NCBI GenBank assembly: GCA_026770705.1
Contig: JANJGN010000014.1
Coordinates: 115,196,001 to 115,260,000 of the forward strand
From: Isurus oxyrinchus
Lineage: Eukaryota
Reading direction: 5' to 3'
Length of the DNA stretch: 64,000 nucleotides
The stretch's first letter is position 1; each line of letters starts with the position of its first letter. Under the pieces are notes generated by a model. The model did not search any database and had not been told where the DNA came from. It saw only the letters and a program-made list of their open reading frames with translations. This document shows, one piece after another, positions 27,336 to 40,025 of the stretch. Made by a program: the position numbers and the translations under genes.

Positions 27336-30300
27336 GAGCAAATTTTCTACTGACATTCACTTGCATATAGTGCAGGAGAGGCTGCTTGTGCCTGTGGAAC
27401 TGACGTTTAGTAGAAGTCAGCATATTCAACAATTGAAGGGTAAGAAGAGTAAAATGGGGAGGAAAATATATAAGGTAAGCTCAAGGGACCAAAATTGCTA
27501 TTTTACCAAATATTTGAAAATATTCAGTTGCAAATCGTTGAAATGTTCATTTTCTCAGAATGCAATATTGTTTCAAACAATGGGATAAAGTACAAGCCAC
27601 ACACAACACACCTTTTGAAAGTTCACTCCTCCAACTATGGAGTCTTCAATTATTGTAGGGAATGTCTCAATGATCAATAGAGAAAGCTTACTTCATTGGT
27701 TAGGTGCTACAGACCCTTATGGACTGTGCAATGGATCACTGATGTGACTCCTTGCTTGGTGGAGGAAGGCTACCAGGGTTAGAGGAGACTCCATTTTCCA
27801 TATAATTCAAGTTTTCTACAAGCACATCTTATATAACTATGCTGGTACAGAGTGAACTCAACATTTCACATTGTAGAGGACACAATGACAATACAGCATG
27901 GATAAACAATCTTTTTTACTAGTACTATACTCTGCCCTTCACTGATAGAGCAATGAGAATCCAGTTGCCCTCATGCAGATCAAGAAAAATAGTACACAAC
28001 AGGCTATCAAATCAGTTCTGAACACAGGTACAAACTCAGGAGAATTAGAGGAATCAATATGAGGCACTAAACAACAGTGATGAATGGAGCAGCAGTAATG
28101 GCAGATGATGAGAGGTAAACTGATCTTGAGTGAAGGTCTCTGGCAAGCTGAGTGCCCTTGCTCAGTTACATGGGGTTAGGGAGCTTAGATAGCCTACTTT
28201 GAACAAAGGTTGGTACAGTGCCAAGAACCTATTAATCCCTTTCCTAATCTCTTTACATGGAGGGTAATATGAATAACGTGGAGTGTGGAGCAGGCCAACA
28301 CCTGTATACGTGAGGGATAACTTTCTGACTTTGTAGTTCCAGTAGGGAGCCTCGCCTGCTGGAAGCATATAGCGGAAACATGTGCAGGCTTCATAAATGC
28401 TGATTCACCAGGCTATGCAATTAGCCCTGTGATGACACCTTCCACAGGAGCGACGTCATTATCAAATGGTTGTCTACATTGCCATCTGCCATTGAACAGA
28501 TGTAAACACTAATGGCCACCTCAGATATGTAGATCAGGGTACAATAGGAATATCTCTGCAGCCGTTGCTAAAGGTTCTCTGAGGCATTGGTGGTCTAATC
28601 TCAAGATGCTTGTTTCAAACTTTTAGAGAAATGTAACAGGCGATTTGAGGCCGGGAGTGGCTGGACCTGGGTAGGTTGGGATTTGGGGTGGTGGGGGGGG
28701 TGGTGGTTGGGGGGGGTGGAATTCCATGATCTGTATTATGTTCATATAGATCAGTGAGCATCACGAGATGCTCTTTACCAGCAGCACCTATGGACCATCA
28801 CAGCTGTAGGCAGTTTCAACTCACATCAGCAGCATTTCTGCATTTCACCTTACCCTTGCTCTACACACTTTAGAAAGCAATAACCCAACAGGATTCAGGT
28901 AAAATTGGCATTGATACAGGCACACTAGAGTTGGGCACAGACACAGATAGCAGGTCTATCTGTAAATATAGCCACTTGGCAGGGCGTTCAATCACCTGTG
29001 CAAATCCTTTAATTAGGAGAGCACATAACAGCAAGTCATGTGCACAACAAGCAAGACCACAACAGACAAGTGCAACCACAATACACATGAAGCAGATGCC
29101 TTACCATTCCTACACAATTGAATAAAATTCATTCACTTTCATTGTGTCTTGCAGTCTGTCATTCTTTTAGCGTACAGAGCAGAAAGCATCAGTTGTTTAA
29201 AAACAAACAGAACAGAAGCATTGCTCTGCTAGGAAAGTAAAACTATCAGTTCACTGATTGTTATGGGTCCAGTGGAAAGTAATCATATTTGCTGTACAGT
29301 TGAAAGGCAGAAGCTTAGACTGCCTGGCGATAAAAGCAATACCTCAACCTTCCAAACTATCAAACATCAACATTTTCTCAGAGGCCATAAGTCCTAGAAA
29401 ATAAATCTTGTATCTTTAGTACTAAAATTCCCATTCAAAAACATTTAAACTCATCTATGCTCTTATCATTGCTTTTAAAGTAAATCAAGTTACTAGATAC
29501 CTTAATCAACATTTGTTATTATTATTTTTATTTTGTTTCTCTCCTCTTCCTCCAGAGTATGTCCCATTCCCCATTTCTGGCCATAAGGCCTGAGGACTCA
29601 GCCTGTGGCAATACTTTAAAATCTTCCTGTTTCATTTACTGGGCCATGTTTGCTGCCTACTCACAGCTGAATGAGAAAATGTTGCTTATTTGCAAGTTGA
29701 ATGTGTAGCTGCAGAATGGGGTACAAATTGATCATTAATGACCTTATAAGGCGTAACAAGCAAAAATATTTTTAAATTGCCATTTGTAGAAAAATAGGAA
29801 TGGTCAGAGGTACACTAGGCAAGAAGCGTGCATTCCCCCCCCCCCCCACCACCCCCACCCACCCCCATCAAATCCACCATTTTTTGGTCATATCTATTCT
29901 TCTGTTTCAAATGGCAGACACAGATAATTTGATGCAAAAGTAAGTTATTTTCTCTCAAAAAGTGTTTTCTGGGCGAGGCATGAATTACATTTCCACTCCT
30001 TTATGAAGCACATTAAGAATAAAGGCTTACATCTTTAAAAAATATGACCTCTGAGTATTTCAGGGAGCCAATGAAATTCCATTTGCTGCAGTTTTAATGG
30101 GCTAGAGTGAGAGAAAAAGCCCTCCATCATGATACCTAGTAAGAAAAGGTCAAGGAGCTTGATCTTCCTGTAGCTGACTCTTATTGGGGTCGGTGGGTCG
30201 GTTCATGGTGCAGAAGCAGCACTCCCTGCCACTTGAGTAAGTGAGATGTGCATAAGCACAAAGTTCAGGCTCAGCTGTGCATCACTTGTAGTCGTAATGA

Positions 30301-32256
30301 GGAAAAACACTGTTACAAGATTCCAGAGATGCACCAATGTCCTGGACCTCACAATAATCCACATTTAGCACAAGCAACAAGCTTGTTTGAGAATCCTGAG
30401 TACATGCCATACAGTAGTTACATTGCACTTTTCATTTACATGAATCAACTGTTAATATTTAGTTCATTACAGATGTGTATCTGTCAACCTAAGGAACTTG
30501 TGGTTGGCAACAGCAGCACCAATGCTAAATTGTGGGGTTGGCAAAGACTAGCAGGGGAGGGGACAAGACATTACCAAGTCAAATATTTCGATGACAAATG
30601 CTGAGGCATTGACATCTGGTTGATAATGATTCTGATCTTCTAATACCGATAAAATTGGTTCTATATTGGATAGTAGTGAAGAGTGGATATGACTGCTTGA
30701 AATTGAAGATGAGGTTACAATGAACCTTTGGAAGAGAGAATAAATATCCAGGAACTAAAATGGTTCAAACAATTTGTTTTCTAAAAAGATGCTGCTTAAT
30801 AGTGCATCTCAATTCTGAAATTCAACAAAGATAAGCAGGAAGTTAATTCTCAAGCTCCAAAGAAGGTGGACAAATAGAATGTTGAGTAGCCTCTCACTTG
30901 AACACTGTCTGATATATGACAGCTTCTGCTATAACAAACATACTCTTGCCTTCTCCAGTGATACAGAAACTATATAAAACACCATCTGTATAATGTAGCC
31001 CAGCTGTAATGTGCTTTTACATGGCTCCCAAAAATAGCCTTATGAAGAGGGCCTTATACAACTGTATTCATATAATCTATAAAAGTTTTAAAAGAAAGCT
31101 GCTGACTGTTTTTTTTTGGAAAAAAAAGATCAGTAAGCTCCACTCCAATTTGGCGGGAAGAACTTGCATTTAGCACATTTCTAAGATTTATCCTTGATGT
31201 TTCTCGACAGGAACCTGGATTTTTCTTTGTAAATTTTATGTTGCTTCTTTATTTTGGAAGGAAAGGAGGCAACACTGTATAAGAGCAATCAACGTAGGAC
31301 TCCCTGATCTGTATGGCTCAGGCCCTTACAGCTTTACTCCACCAGGCCATCTGGGGCCAAGTAGACTTCTCCTAATTAACAGTCAATGAATGACTAAAGT
31401 TTAGGTCTAATTCTGAAATATTTATGGCCTCAAAGGTACACTAACTTAGATCATACCTAGGTCTATCAATCAAATTTTACCTCTGTTCTTGTTGAATAAT
31501 AAAACCAATAAAAGAAACAGAAAATACATTAAGCTGAGTGAATACACAGTCAAGCATACATCAGGCAGATTGTTATGTGTTCTTTTTGGAGTGTTTAATG
31601 TTGCATGTATTGTATTAAAATTACATTAATGGTTATGTTAGAAATCCCAGGAGAACCAACACTTCTATTACAGTGTTTTTATATTTTAGATACAAAGGTT
31701 GGGGAAATCCCTGCCACCATTGCATAATTTTTTGCGGGATCAAGGGATTGGGAGTTTCCCTATGTTCTTACAGGATACCACCTGCAACTCACTAACCTTC
31801 CCCATCTCTCTCTCTCTTCATACCTGCCCTGTCTTGCAAAAAAAATGAGCCCAGTTGGTGAAGTCAAGGATGAAAATATGTTGATAATTTTGGATTCTTT
31901 TTGATCACCAATGCTATGTTAAAATGTGCAGATAGCCTCCAGACAGGAGTAGAGGCAAAACTCTAGGCCTCAACCTTACTGTATCAATAATATACAAAAG
32001 ATCAATGTAAATTATTGATGACAGCATTAGAATATTGTGGTGCAGTGTATTGCAGACTTGAAGATGATGGCTCTTGTGTTGAGTTATATGCTAAGAGATG
32101 AGTGTACAGTACTTCAAGAGCTAGGTATTGCCATGGCTATAATTAATGAGCTATAGGAAAAATAATTATTTAGAAACAAGCTGGAAGATCAGACTTGTAA
32201 AAGGGTAAATAAAGCAAAATATATCTAAGAAGCTTAGACTGTAGGGGTCACTCATA

Positions 32257-32865
32257 GGGCTGAATCTTACCTATGTCGGGAGTGGGCAGGGGCGGGCATG
32301 GAGCTAAACACCACTGGCGATGGGCTGCACGCCGCCATTTTACGTGGGTGGGCCAATTAAGGTCACCCGCAGTGCAACGCGTGGCCTGTAGCACTCAGAG
32401 CTGCCTGTGCGGGCCGGGGGAGGAGGAAGAGTCGGGGCCTATGCACGGAACTGCCTCAGGGAGGTTAAGTTGATAAAAAAAATCTTGTTATAAATAAAGT
32501 AAAAAATTATTTAAACATGTCCCCTCATCTGACAGTGTCACATGAGCTGGGACATGTTTGTGGGTGTAGCAAAATTTATTAAATTATTTTATAAAACCTT
32601 CAGGAAATCTCATCCCTCCCGTGGATGAGGTTTCCTGAAAAACGAAAAGGCCGCCTGGGCTCTTTGCCCGCCCACCAACCTTTAGGTTGGATGGGCAGCG
32701 GTGTTAATAAGCTTGATTACCTTTTTAATGGTCTTAATAGCCCTCCGAACGAAAGATTGAAATGACTTGTGATGATGTCGGTACACACGCCTGACGTCAT
32801 TGTGTGTAATTTTATGCGTCGGTGTGTTGGGCCCACCCCCGCACACCAACGGCAATATTCTGGCC
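32257..32865. mobile_element. Harbinger-type MITE (family shared with 39447-39959)
   Basis: TIRs gggctgaatcttac / gcaatattctggcc, TSD ata/aca, internal hairpins aaatctcatcc..ggatgaggttt and ccaacctttaggttgg. Confidence 0.85.
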
Positions 32866-32987
32866 ACAGTCAATTTGGGTTCATGGCTTTTGATGTGTAC
32901 AGGGCATATCTCTTCACTAAAAAGAAAAGGTACTTACAGTAAATTCAATCTGCAAAGCATGATGTAGTGCCATGTTATAGTTGCTAC

Positions 32988-33520
32988 AAAGGCTCAGTTT
33001 GGTAAAAGCACTGCATTGTGGGACAAAGCAATGCAGACCAGGAAGATCCCAGCACCGCTACTGAGCTACCTCAGAATGTGGCAGTCAGGTTCATGACAAC
33101 TTGTGAAAGGATATTGGGGATAGGTGGGAATGTGGAGATGAGGCTACAATCAGATCAGCTATGATCTTATCAAATGTCGAGAGGCTGAGTGGCCGACTCC
33201 TACTCCTAATTCATATGTTCGTAACTAGCTTCAGCAGCCCTAAGCAAGAGAGGGATAAATCATTCATCAATCTCATTTCTGATTGTTGTCCAATTGGCCT
33301 CTGCTAGAAAATAAGTGCATGTGTGTCCATGTGAATGTATGCACAAACGATACTGGGCTCAACTGTGGTACTTCATAGTAAAATAACTTATTGTGCTCAA
33401 TGCGTATCCTCACACATTAATGTTGGCTACCTCAACTGGATGTCATGGAAAAGCCGGCACCCATGGAGACACATCTTAGCATTAGCCAGTACTTTTAGGA
33501 TATAAAGAGAAGGAATTGGG
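32988..33520 (+). mobile_element. AmnSINE2-like SINE interrupted by a CR1 3' end (33100-33223)
   Basis: Head ggctcagtttggtaaa..cagaccaggaag; CR1 3' UTR gatcagctatgatctt..ccgactcctactcctaattc; SINE body resumes at 33224. Confidence 0.7.
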
Positions 33521-33882
33521 GATGAAGAATGTTTAAAAAAGATAATTTTGTTTTCATAGAAAATAAAATTCTTAAACATGTGAACTTACAGAAATTTATG
33601 ATAATTGGCAATTAATCGTTAATTTCCCAGTTTTTTAAGGAAATAGAGTCAAACAGATTTACCGTAAATTATACTGATGCACAAGTCCCTTCTTAATTAA
33701 ATATTGGAGTCACTGGTAAATTTTAGCAGCGAGCATTAAACTCATCCTTCAACTGAATCATTGTCACTTTAAAATATGTACCAATGGTGTAACAAGTGAA
33801 GTTTCCCAGTATTATTCGTTTCATTTTTAAAAGTATTTTTTACATGACTGTGAACATCAGGAAGATATAATAATTCTCATAA

Positions 33883-33926
33883 TGTTATTGGAGTTTATTG
33901 TAAAATACTGGTATCTGTGTCTGTAT

Positions 33927-33964
<38 letters not shown>

Positions 33965-34732
33965 ATGCGCACGTGTGTGACTCAATTCAATTAAAGGCAG
34001 CTGGTCTGAAGGCTTTGATGTAAGCATGATAAACATGGGGGAAGTTTAGAATGTAAGGTGTAAAAGGACATTTGCATTTTTAAATAAACCAGACTAGATT
34101 GTTTTCAAAGGTGGGTGAAATGTGTCACTTAGTTTAGAAACAGTGTGTTTATTTTTCCCAAAGATTACTTGTAAAACTTAGTGTTATGACAGATTTTTAT
34201 TATCAGAAAGGTAAAGACATAGTGAAACAATGGGAAATGGCATTCAGAAAGAAAAATATGTATAAAGGAATGAAGGCTGTATGTAAGGGTAGACATTTTT
34301 AAGATCTAACAATGGGTGAAAAGCCTTCACATCTATGCCTCAAGCTGCTGTCTTCACAGAACTGAAGTTAAGAAAACTCTGAATTCGACTGGTTCAGGGT
34401 ATTGTGTGTCACCTTGCCCGGATCTTTTAAAATCTATGTGTCTTACTGTTGCCTTAACGAAAGTGTAACTGGGAGTCAGATTAAGTAGGGGATTTAGAAT
34501 TTTTCATAGTAGTAACTTGTCGATCCATGTATGTGTTTAAAAACATTTCTCTTATTAATAAATGGTTAATCTAGTTTTGTAAAAACCCATAAGACTTGGT
34601 GGTCTTATTACTACTGAATTCAGGGCACACAGTCAAAATTTATACAAATTGCAAAACAAGTTGTGGCAGTTGTTTCAGGTTTCCCTTTGGGATTTGAACA
34701 ACTCAGCATTTACCACCGACAGTACCATAACA
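33883..34732 (+). mobile_element. Probable solo LTR (Gypsy-type), 850 bp
   Basis: Bounded by TGTTAT...ATAACA inverted termini; TATAAA at 34261, AATAAA at 34557; flanks ataa/gtga are only a degenerate 4-bp TSD; contains (TG)n at ~33925-33962. Confidence 0.6.
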
Positions 34733-35057
34733 GTGAATCATTTTTCATATATTTGGGGGCAACATTGATACCACGTTCATTAATTGTAGCACTAAAGCAG
34801 ATTCTGAAAGAGACTTGCTATTAGCCTTAAAATGTATCAAAAACTGAATGAGGCATCTCATCTAATTCAAATGATGCAAATTATTTAAATTGGGTAATAA
34901 CTGATTCTGGGAGTAAAAGCAAGGCAGTAATGTCATCTCTACGCTTAGATCATTTTGTAAGCCGCTCAAGTTTCACTCACATGTATGCCGATGTTATTAA
35001 GATGAACTCATCAATTAGGTTGCTGCTTTGTAATCACTTCCAAGTTACCCTAAAATA

Positions 35058-35362
35058 AAAAGACTTGCATTCACATGGCACCTTTCATGATCTCAAGACA
35101 TCCCAAAGTGCTCTATAGCCAATGAAATATTTCTGAACTCTAGTCACTGTTGGGGAAACATGACAGCCAATTAGAGCACAGCAAACTCTCACAAACAGCA
35201 ATATGGTAACAACCAGATCATTTGTTTCTGTGATGTTGATTGAGGGAGAAATATTAGCCAGGACACCTTCTCTTCTTTGAAATAGTTCCATGGGATCTTT
35301 TATGTTTACCTGAGAGGGCAGACAAAGCCTCAGTTTAAATTTGGATCTAAAAGGAAACACTC
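35058..35362 (-). mobile_element. DeuSINE (SacSINE1-like)
   Basis: Reverse complement of the Deu-domain body and L2-derived tail (gacttgcatt..gcacctttca..catcccaaagtgct). Confidence 0.8.
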
Positions 35363-37739
35363 CATGATTTGTTTCTCCTCAAAATCATATGTTTGCAAAC
35401 AAATGTCTCTTCATAGGCACATTTCAGAGTGCCACAGCACAGGCTTCAAATGAAATGAATGGGGTGAAGTTTAAGGCTTTTAAAACCCTCTGCACTTTAG
35501 TGCAGAAGACTGCACTAATGCAGGATAAGAGGATGTTTTTCAATTCAGATTACCGTAAGTATTTCAAAATGAATTTCAACCCTGTTATTAGAAACACAGA
35601 ATGATCACGTGGCAAGCACTGAATTACTCGCTTGTTGCATCTGATGAGTGGTCCATGAACATTATAAGTTTAATTGTTAATTTGGCCTTTCTCCATCAAA
35701 GTCCTTGCAGCATTAACCAGCTCCTAAGCAGCAGCAAATGCACCAGTGATGATGGCAACCACAACACAAGGACAGAAGCACCATTGGGGCTTCTTCAAAT
35801 ATACATAACATATTAAATTACTTTGCTACTGCATTATTGACAGGTCAAAAGCCCTGAAGTTTGCTGTACCTGCAATGGCTGTGTAAAGTTTCAATTTGAC
35901 ATCATTCGCTAACTGTTTCCACAAACAATACTTTCAAGTGGCAGTTGAACAACCTTAATGGGCCAGTAAACTATTTACCTTCTGATAAGGTAAATCACCA
36001 TTGAGATAATGCACTGATAAACCAAAGTAAATATGTGCACAGCTCACTGTTTTCCAGAGTCTCTTTCTTACATGCACACACCTATGGTAAAACAGATGTG
36101 TGCTTAACACATATGACCTGAGACAGGCCTAAAGCCATAACTAGATAATTTTTCACTCACACACCGATTGCGGCAGCTTTCTGAGGTGAAAGAAACTGAC
36201 AGCGCAGACTCTCCAGGGCAGAACTTTCCAGTCAAGTGGATCAACGTACTGAAAATCACTTATGAATAGTCATTAGTCCTTCATTACAACCCCCTCACAA
36301 CCCAGTTCTTTTTTGCAACCAAAATGCCTTTTGTCATCTTCACAAGGTGCATCAGTTAATTGCCGATTGACTTTCTTTTAAACATATGACAACATGTCAC
36401 AAAGCAAAAATACAGAATGTTGCTTCAGGCATCCCACTTAACTCCTTGATTTCCAGATTACTTAACATTATCTGCAATATTTCAGGGACAAAGTATTCTT
36501 TTCAAAGATTGACATAAGTACAGTAAAAAGAAACCTCCATATTTAATCATATTTACCCACGGTCATTTTATTAGCCTGGCTGAATTCTGGTCATAGTAAA
36601 GGAAGACACTTCCTGGATCAATTAAGTAGCTTTCTAAACAGACAGATTTCAAGTAACAGCAGTGGTGAGAAGTACTGAGTATCTCCTTTTCTGCATTACA
36701 GTGTACATAATTTATTCCCACAGTTATTTTACTCTTCTATCTGTATAATTTTTGCACTGACAAGATACAATAAGATATTAAAGTATGAGGTGCTAAACTG
36801 ACCTGCTAAAGAGTTTAGAGAGTAGCTTTTGGAGAGGTGAGAATGTGGTTCAGTAATCTGCTGCTAAATCCTGTACTGCATGTGTGGATTGCAAAATAAT
36901 CCGCTTGGTTTTATATATTTGACTGTGAGGATTCCATTTATATGGCTTTTAAAAACTAGGTGAATTTGACTGAACTAGATAAAAACTCACTGTCACCTCA
37001 GCATTAGACTACAATCTTAAAACAATATATCTTAGAGTTGTGTTGTGAAGTGGGAGGGGTGCAGTTTCTCAAAGAAGTGGGTTTTCTTGCGGATTGAATA
37101 AATTGTAAAGTATGTTGAAACAGGATATGGCATCATAACATCTTTATGAAAAGTTGTGTACTGGCCTGAGCTCTGCCTCAACGGAGAAATTTATTGCCAG
37201 TGTGGAACTTTCATTTATTGGACCATGTTTTCAGCCTACTCACATCTGAATGAGAAGATGTTGCTTACAGCAAGCAGTTGCATGATTGGGCTAACACATA
37301 TTGTAAAAGATTACTAAAGTTTACTATCTGTACGAGGGAGCTATCTTCATTCTAAGGCCACAAATTCCCACTTGTAGTACAGATATTGCTGCCCCACACA
37401 TTTGTCTAAAGCATCAATGATGTGCCAGCAGGTACCAGTGTGTAACGTGGGTGGGGAACAATCAGTCTGAAGCAGATTTGCTAATCTCTAACAATAACAG
37501 ATCTTCTGAAAGAAACAACAGTAGGCCACTGTTCTTCTGAATCTTGCTCCTCAAACAGCTCAATCTCCCAACCTGCCTACCTCTCTGCACCAACCCCCAC
37601 TGCTCCGCACCCCCCCACCCACCCCACACACACACAGACACATAACTTTACCCTTTTAGTTATCCAAACATTTATTTACCTAAAGCATTTGAGATGCGAC
37701 CCAAAATTCATTCAGGCATTGAAAAGTTTGATCTTTCCC

Positions 37740-38240
37740 CCAGTAATTTTCTCCCCTGAAGCCAACAATCCTTAGCCACCCTGCTCTAGTTCCCATTCTT
37801 CATGTGTGAGCCTATTCAGTAAGTGGCTAGTTGGTCATGAGTGGCATTACATCTGAGCCAATATTATCCTAAGCCAATATTCACACCCATCTCACTGGTT
37901 AATTTTTCCTTCTCTAACCCAGGAACCTTGGGTCAATGCCAATGCCCTTACTGATGCCCTGGTCCAGAAGTTCACACTGTTAAAAATGAGGGATCAAAAC
38001 CAAGGAGATTTCCAAAAAGGTAAAAGACTGCATGTGCTGGAAACCTGAAACAAAAGCTAAAACTGCTGGAAATCCTCAGCAGGTCTGGTAGCATCTGTTG
38101 AGAGGGAAACAGAATTAACGTTTTAGGTCAATGACCTTTTGTCAGAACTCTGCTAACTGTTCAGGTCTTTGACCTTTTGTAGGATTTCCAGTTTAGAAAC
38201 TCCAGTAACCACGACATTCATTGAACTTACCCAGAGACTG
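37740..38240 (-). mobile_element. AmnSINE2-like SINE split by a Penelope-like fragment
   Basis: ccattcttcatgtgtgagcct body, gggatcaaaacc B-box region, head resumes after 38183. Confidence 0.65.
38015..38182 (-). mobile_element. Penelope-like terminal fragment with two tandem hammerhead-like motifs
   Basis: Same arm sequence as 26010-26256; flanked by direct repeat gatttcca (38007-38014, 38183-38190); aggtc-nnn-gacct stems at 38125 and 38163. Confidence 0.75.
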
Positions 38241-39139
38241 TGGCAGAGGTATTTTTAAAGCAATGTCTTGCCTTGGGATTTCTCTTTAAGCCCTTTGACC
38301 ATTGAAATTCATAGTTTCAAAGGTACTTTCCTTCGACAGAAAAAAAACCTTTCTTGAAATATTCCAGGATGCTACACAGTACGATTAAATGAAAAGTGAA
38401 GGACTATAAAAGACTCCAGAAGTTATAGCACTCTGCAGAGAGATGAAGAGAATACAAATTTCTGTTCTTTTCTTGTTGTCTTTTGCTGATTAAATCTTAC
38501 ACTTGCATTAAATTCTGCCTTGGGTGAGCCAACAGAAAAAGGCATTTCTCCTTAACACCAAAAGCATCTCAAAAAATAGTTACTAAGGAGTAATTCACTG
38601 GATTATTTCATTGAAAAAAATCTTTTTTTTCCAACTTAGCTCTTGACTGCTCACATCAGCATCCATTATCCTAGAAGTCGGGAATCTCAGCAATGCACAG
38701 AACAATTATTCTACAACAGAGCTGTGGCAAGGACTGGGGTGCTGAAGGTGGGCGGCATGGCATAATGGAACCACTGTTGCAGTATACACACTTATTGTGG
38801 AGCCTGAGCTTGCCAAAGTGTAAATGCCTTCTTTTCTTCCAAGCACAGAAGCTAGATTATACAATTGCGAAATTCAGTAAGAGGGTCTGACGGGGTGATT
38901 GGTAGCGACAGAAGCTGGCAGCACCACAGTGCTGAACACTGAGGTTACTCTGTGGCATGTACTGCAGGTGTACCATCATCTACTCAATACCAATTGTCAA
39001 TGAGACCAGAGAAAGAATGAACTGTTTCCGTCCATTATACAGTTATAGAAGTCAGCCTACAGGTTGTTTTTCTGTTAGTTTTTTATTTTGTCCTGCTCAC
39101 TTCACAAAAGAATTTTAGCTTCAGGGAAAAGAAAATCTA

Positions 39140-40025
39140 GGCCAATGTTCCAATACAGCACTGAGGGAATACTGCACTGTCGGCGATACAGTTTTTCAGA
39201 TGAAATGTTAAACAGAGACCCCCATCTGCCCTTTTAGATGGACATGAAAGACCCCACGATACTATGTTGAAGTAGAGCAGGTGTGTTCTCACAGGTGTCT
39301 TGGCGAATATTTATCCCTCAACCAAAATTGCTAATATATAAACCCAGATGATCTGATCATTATTGTATTGTTATTTGATAGATCTTGCTATGTGCAATTT
39401 GACTGCCACGTTTTCCTACACTATAACAAATTCAAGAGTTCTTCATGGGCAGGGTCTTCCGGTCGGCGAGCTGGGCGGGGTCCGCTCGCCGATGCGTAAA
39501 ATGATGAAGGATGATGTTGGGTGGAACTCCTGACATCACCCCACATCATTCCCATTTTTAGATTGGCGGCGGCGCAGCCGAGTCAGCTGCGCACCCGCTG
39601 ACCTGTTAACGGCCTACTGAGGCCATTGAAAAACTAATTAAAGTCATTAATGGACCTGCCCGCCCAACCTTAAGGTTGGCAGGCAGGCCAGGAGCCCTGG
39701 CGGGCTTTAGAAAAAGCATGAAACCTCATCCACTGGTGGGATGAGGTTTCATGAGGGTATTTAAATTTTTATTAAAGGTTTCAATAAAAGCCATGGACAT
39801 GTCCCAACTCATGTGAGTGACACACGAGGGGACATGTCAGGGAATTTTTTTATCATTTGTATTACAAATTTTAATTCCGAGCCGATCTCCCTGAGGCGGC
39901 ACTTAGTGGCCCACGCCCGTTCCCGCACTTCCTCCCCCGACGAGGGGAAGATTTTTCCCCATGGGCTGTAAATTGTTTTGGCATATGCTGACATCGTGAA
40001 AGGTGCTTTAGAAATGCAAGTTCTT
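39140..40025 (+). mobile_element. DeuSINE (SacSINE1-like) split by a MITE
   Basis: cagcactgagggaatactgcactgtcgg..atatttatccctcaacc body; tail ggctgtaaa..cgtgaaaggtgctttagaaatgcaag resumes at 39963. Confidence 0.85.
39447..39959. mobile_element. Harbinger-type MITE nested in a DeuSINE
   Basis: 14-bp TIRs gggcagggtcttcc / ggaagatttttccc, perfect TSD CAT; perfect palindrome ccaaccttaaggttgg; inverted relative to 32257-32865. Confidence 0.9.

Noticed and set aside
27130-27588. Longest ORF in the track (152 aa)
   Set aside because: Overlaps a decayed SINE; no domain features.
31930-32240. Possible very old RTE-type LINE fragment
   Set aside because: Only vague motif resemblance; cannot support without a profile search.
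35641-35665. CTGATGA followed by a short stem
   Set aside because: No GAAA box and an impossible loop size.
38918-38940. REST/RE1-like half sites
   Set aside because: No GGACAG right half at canonical spacing.
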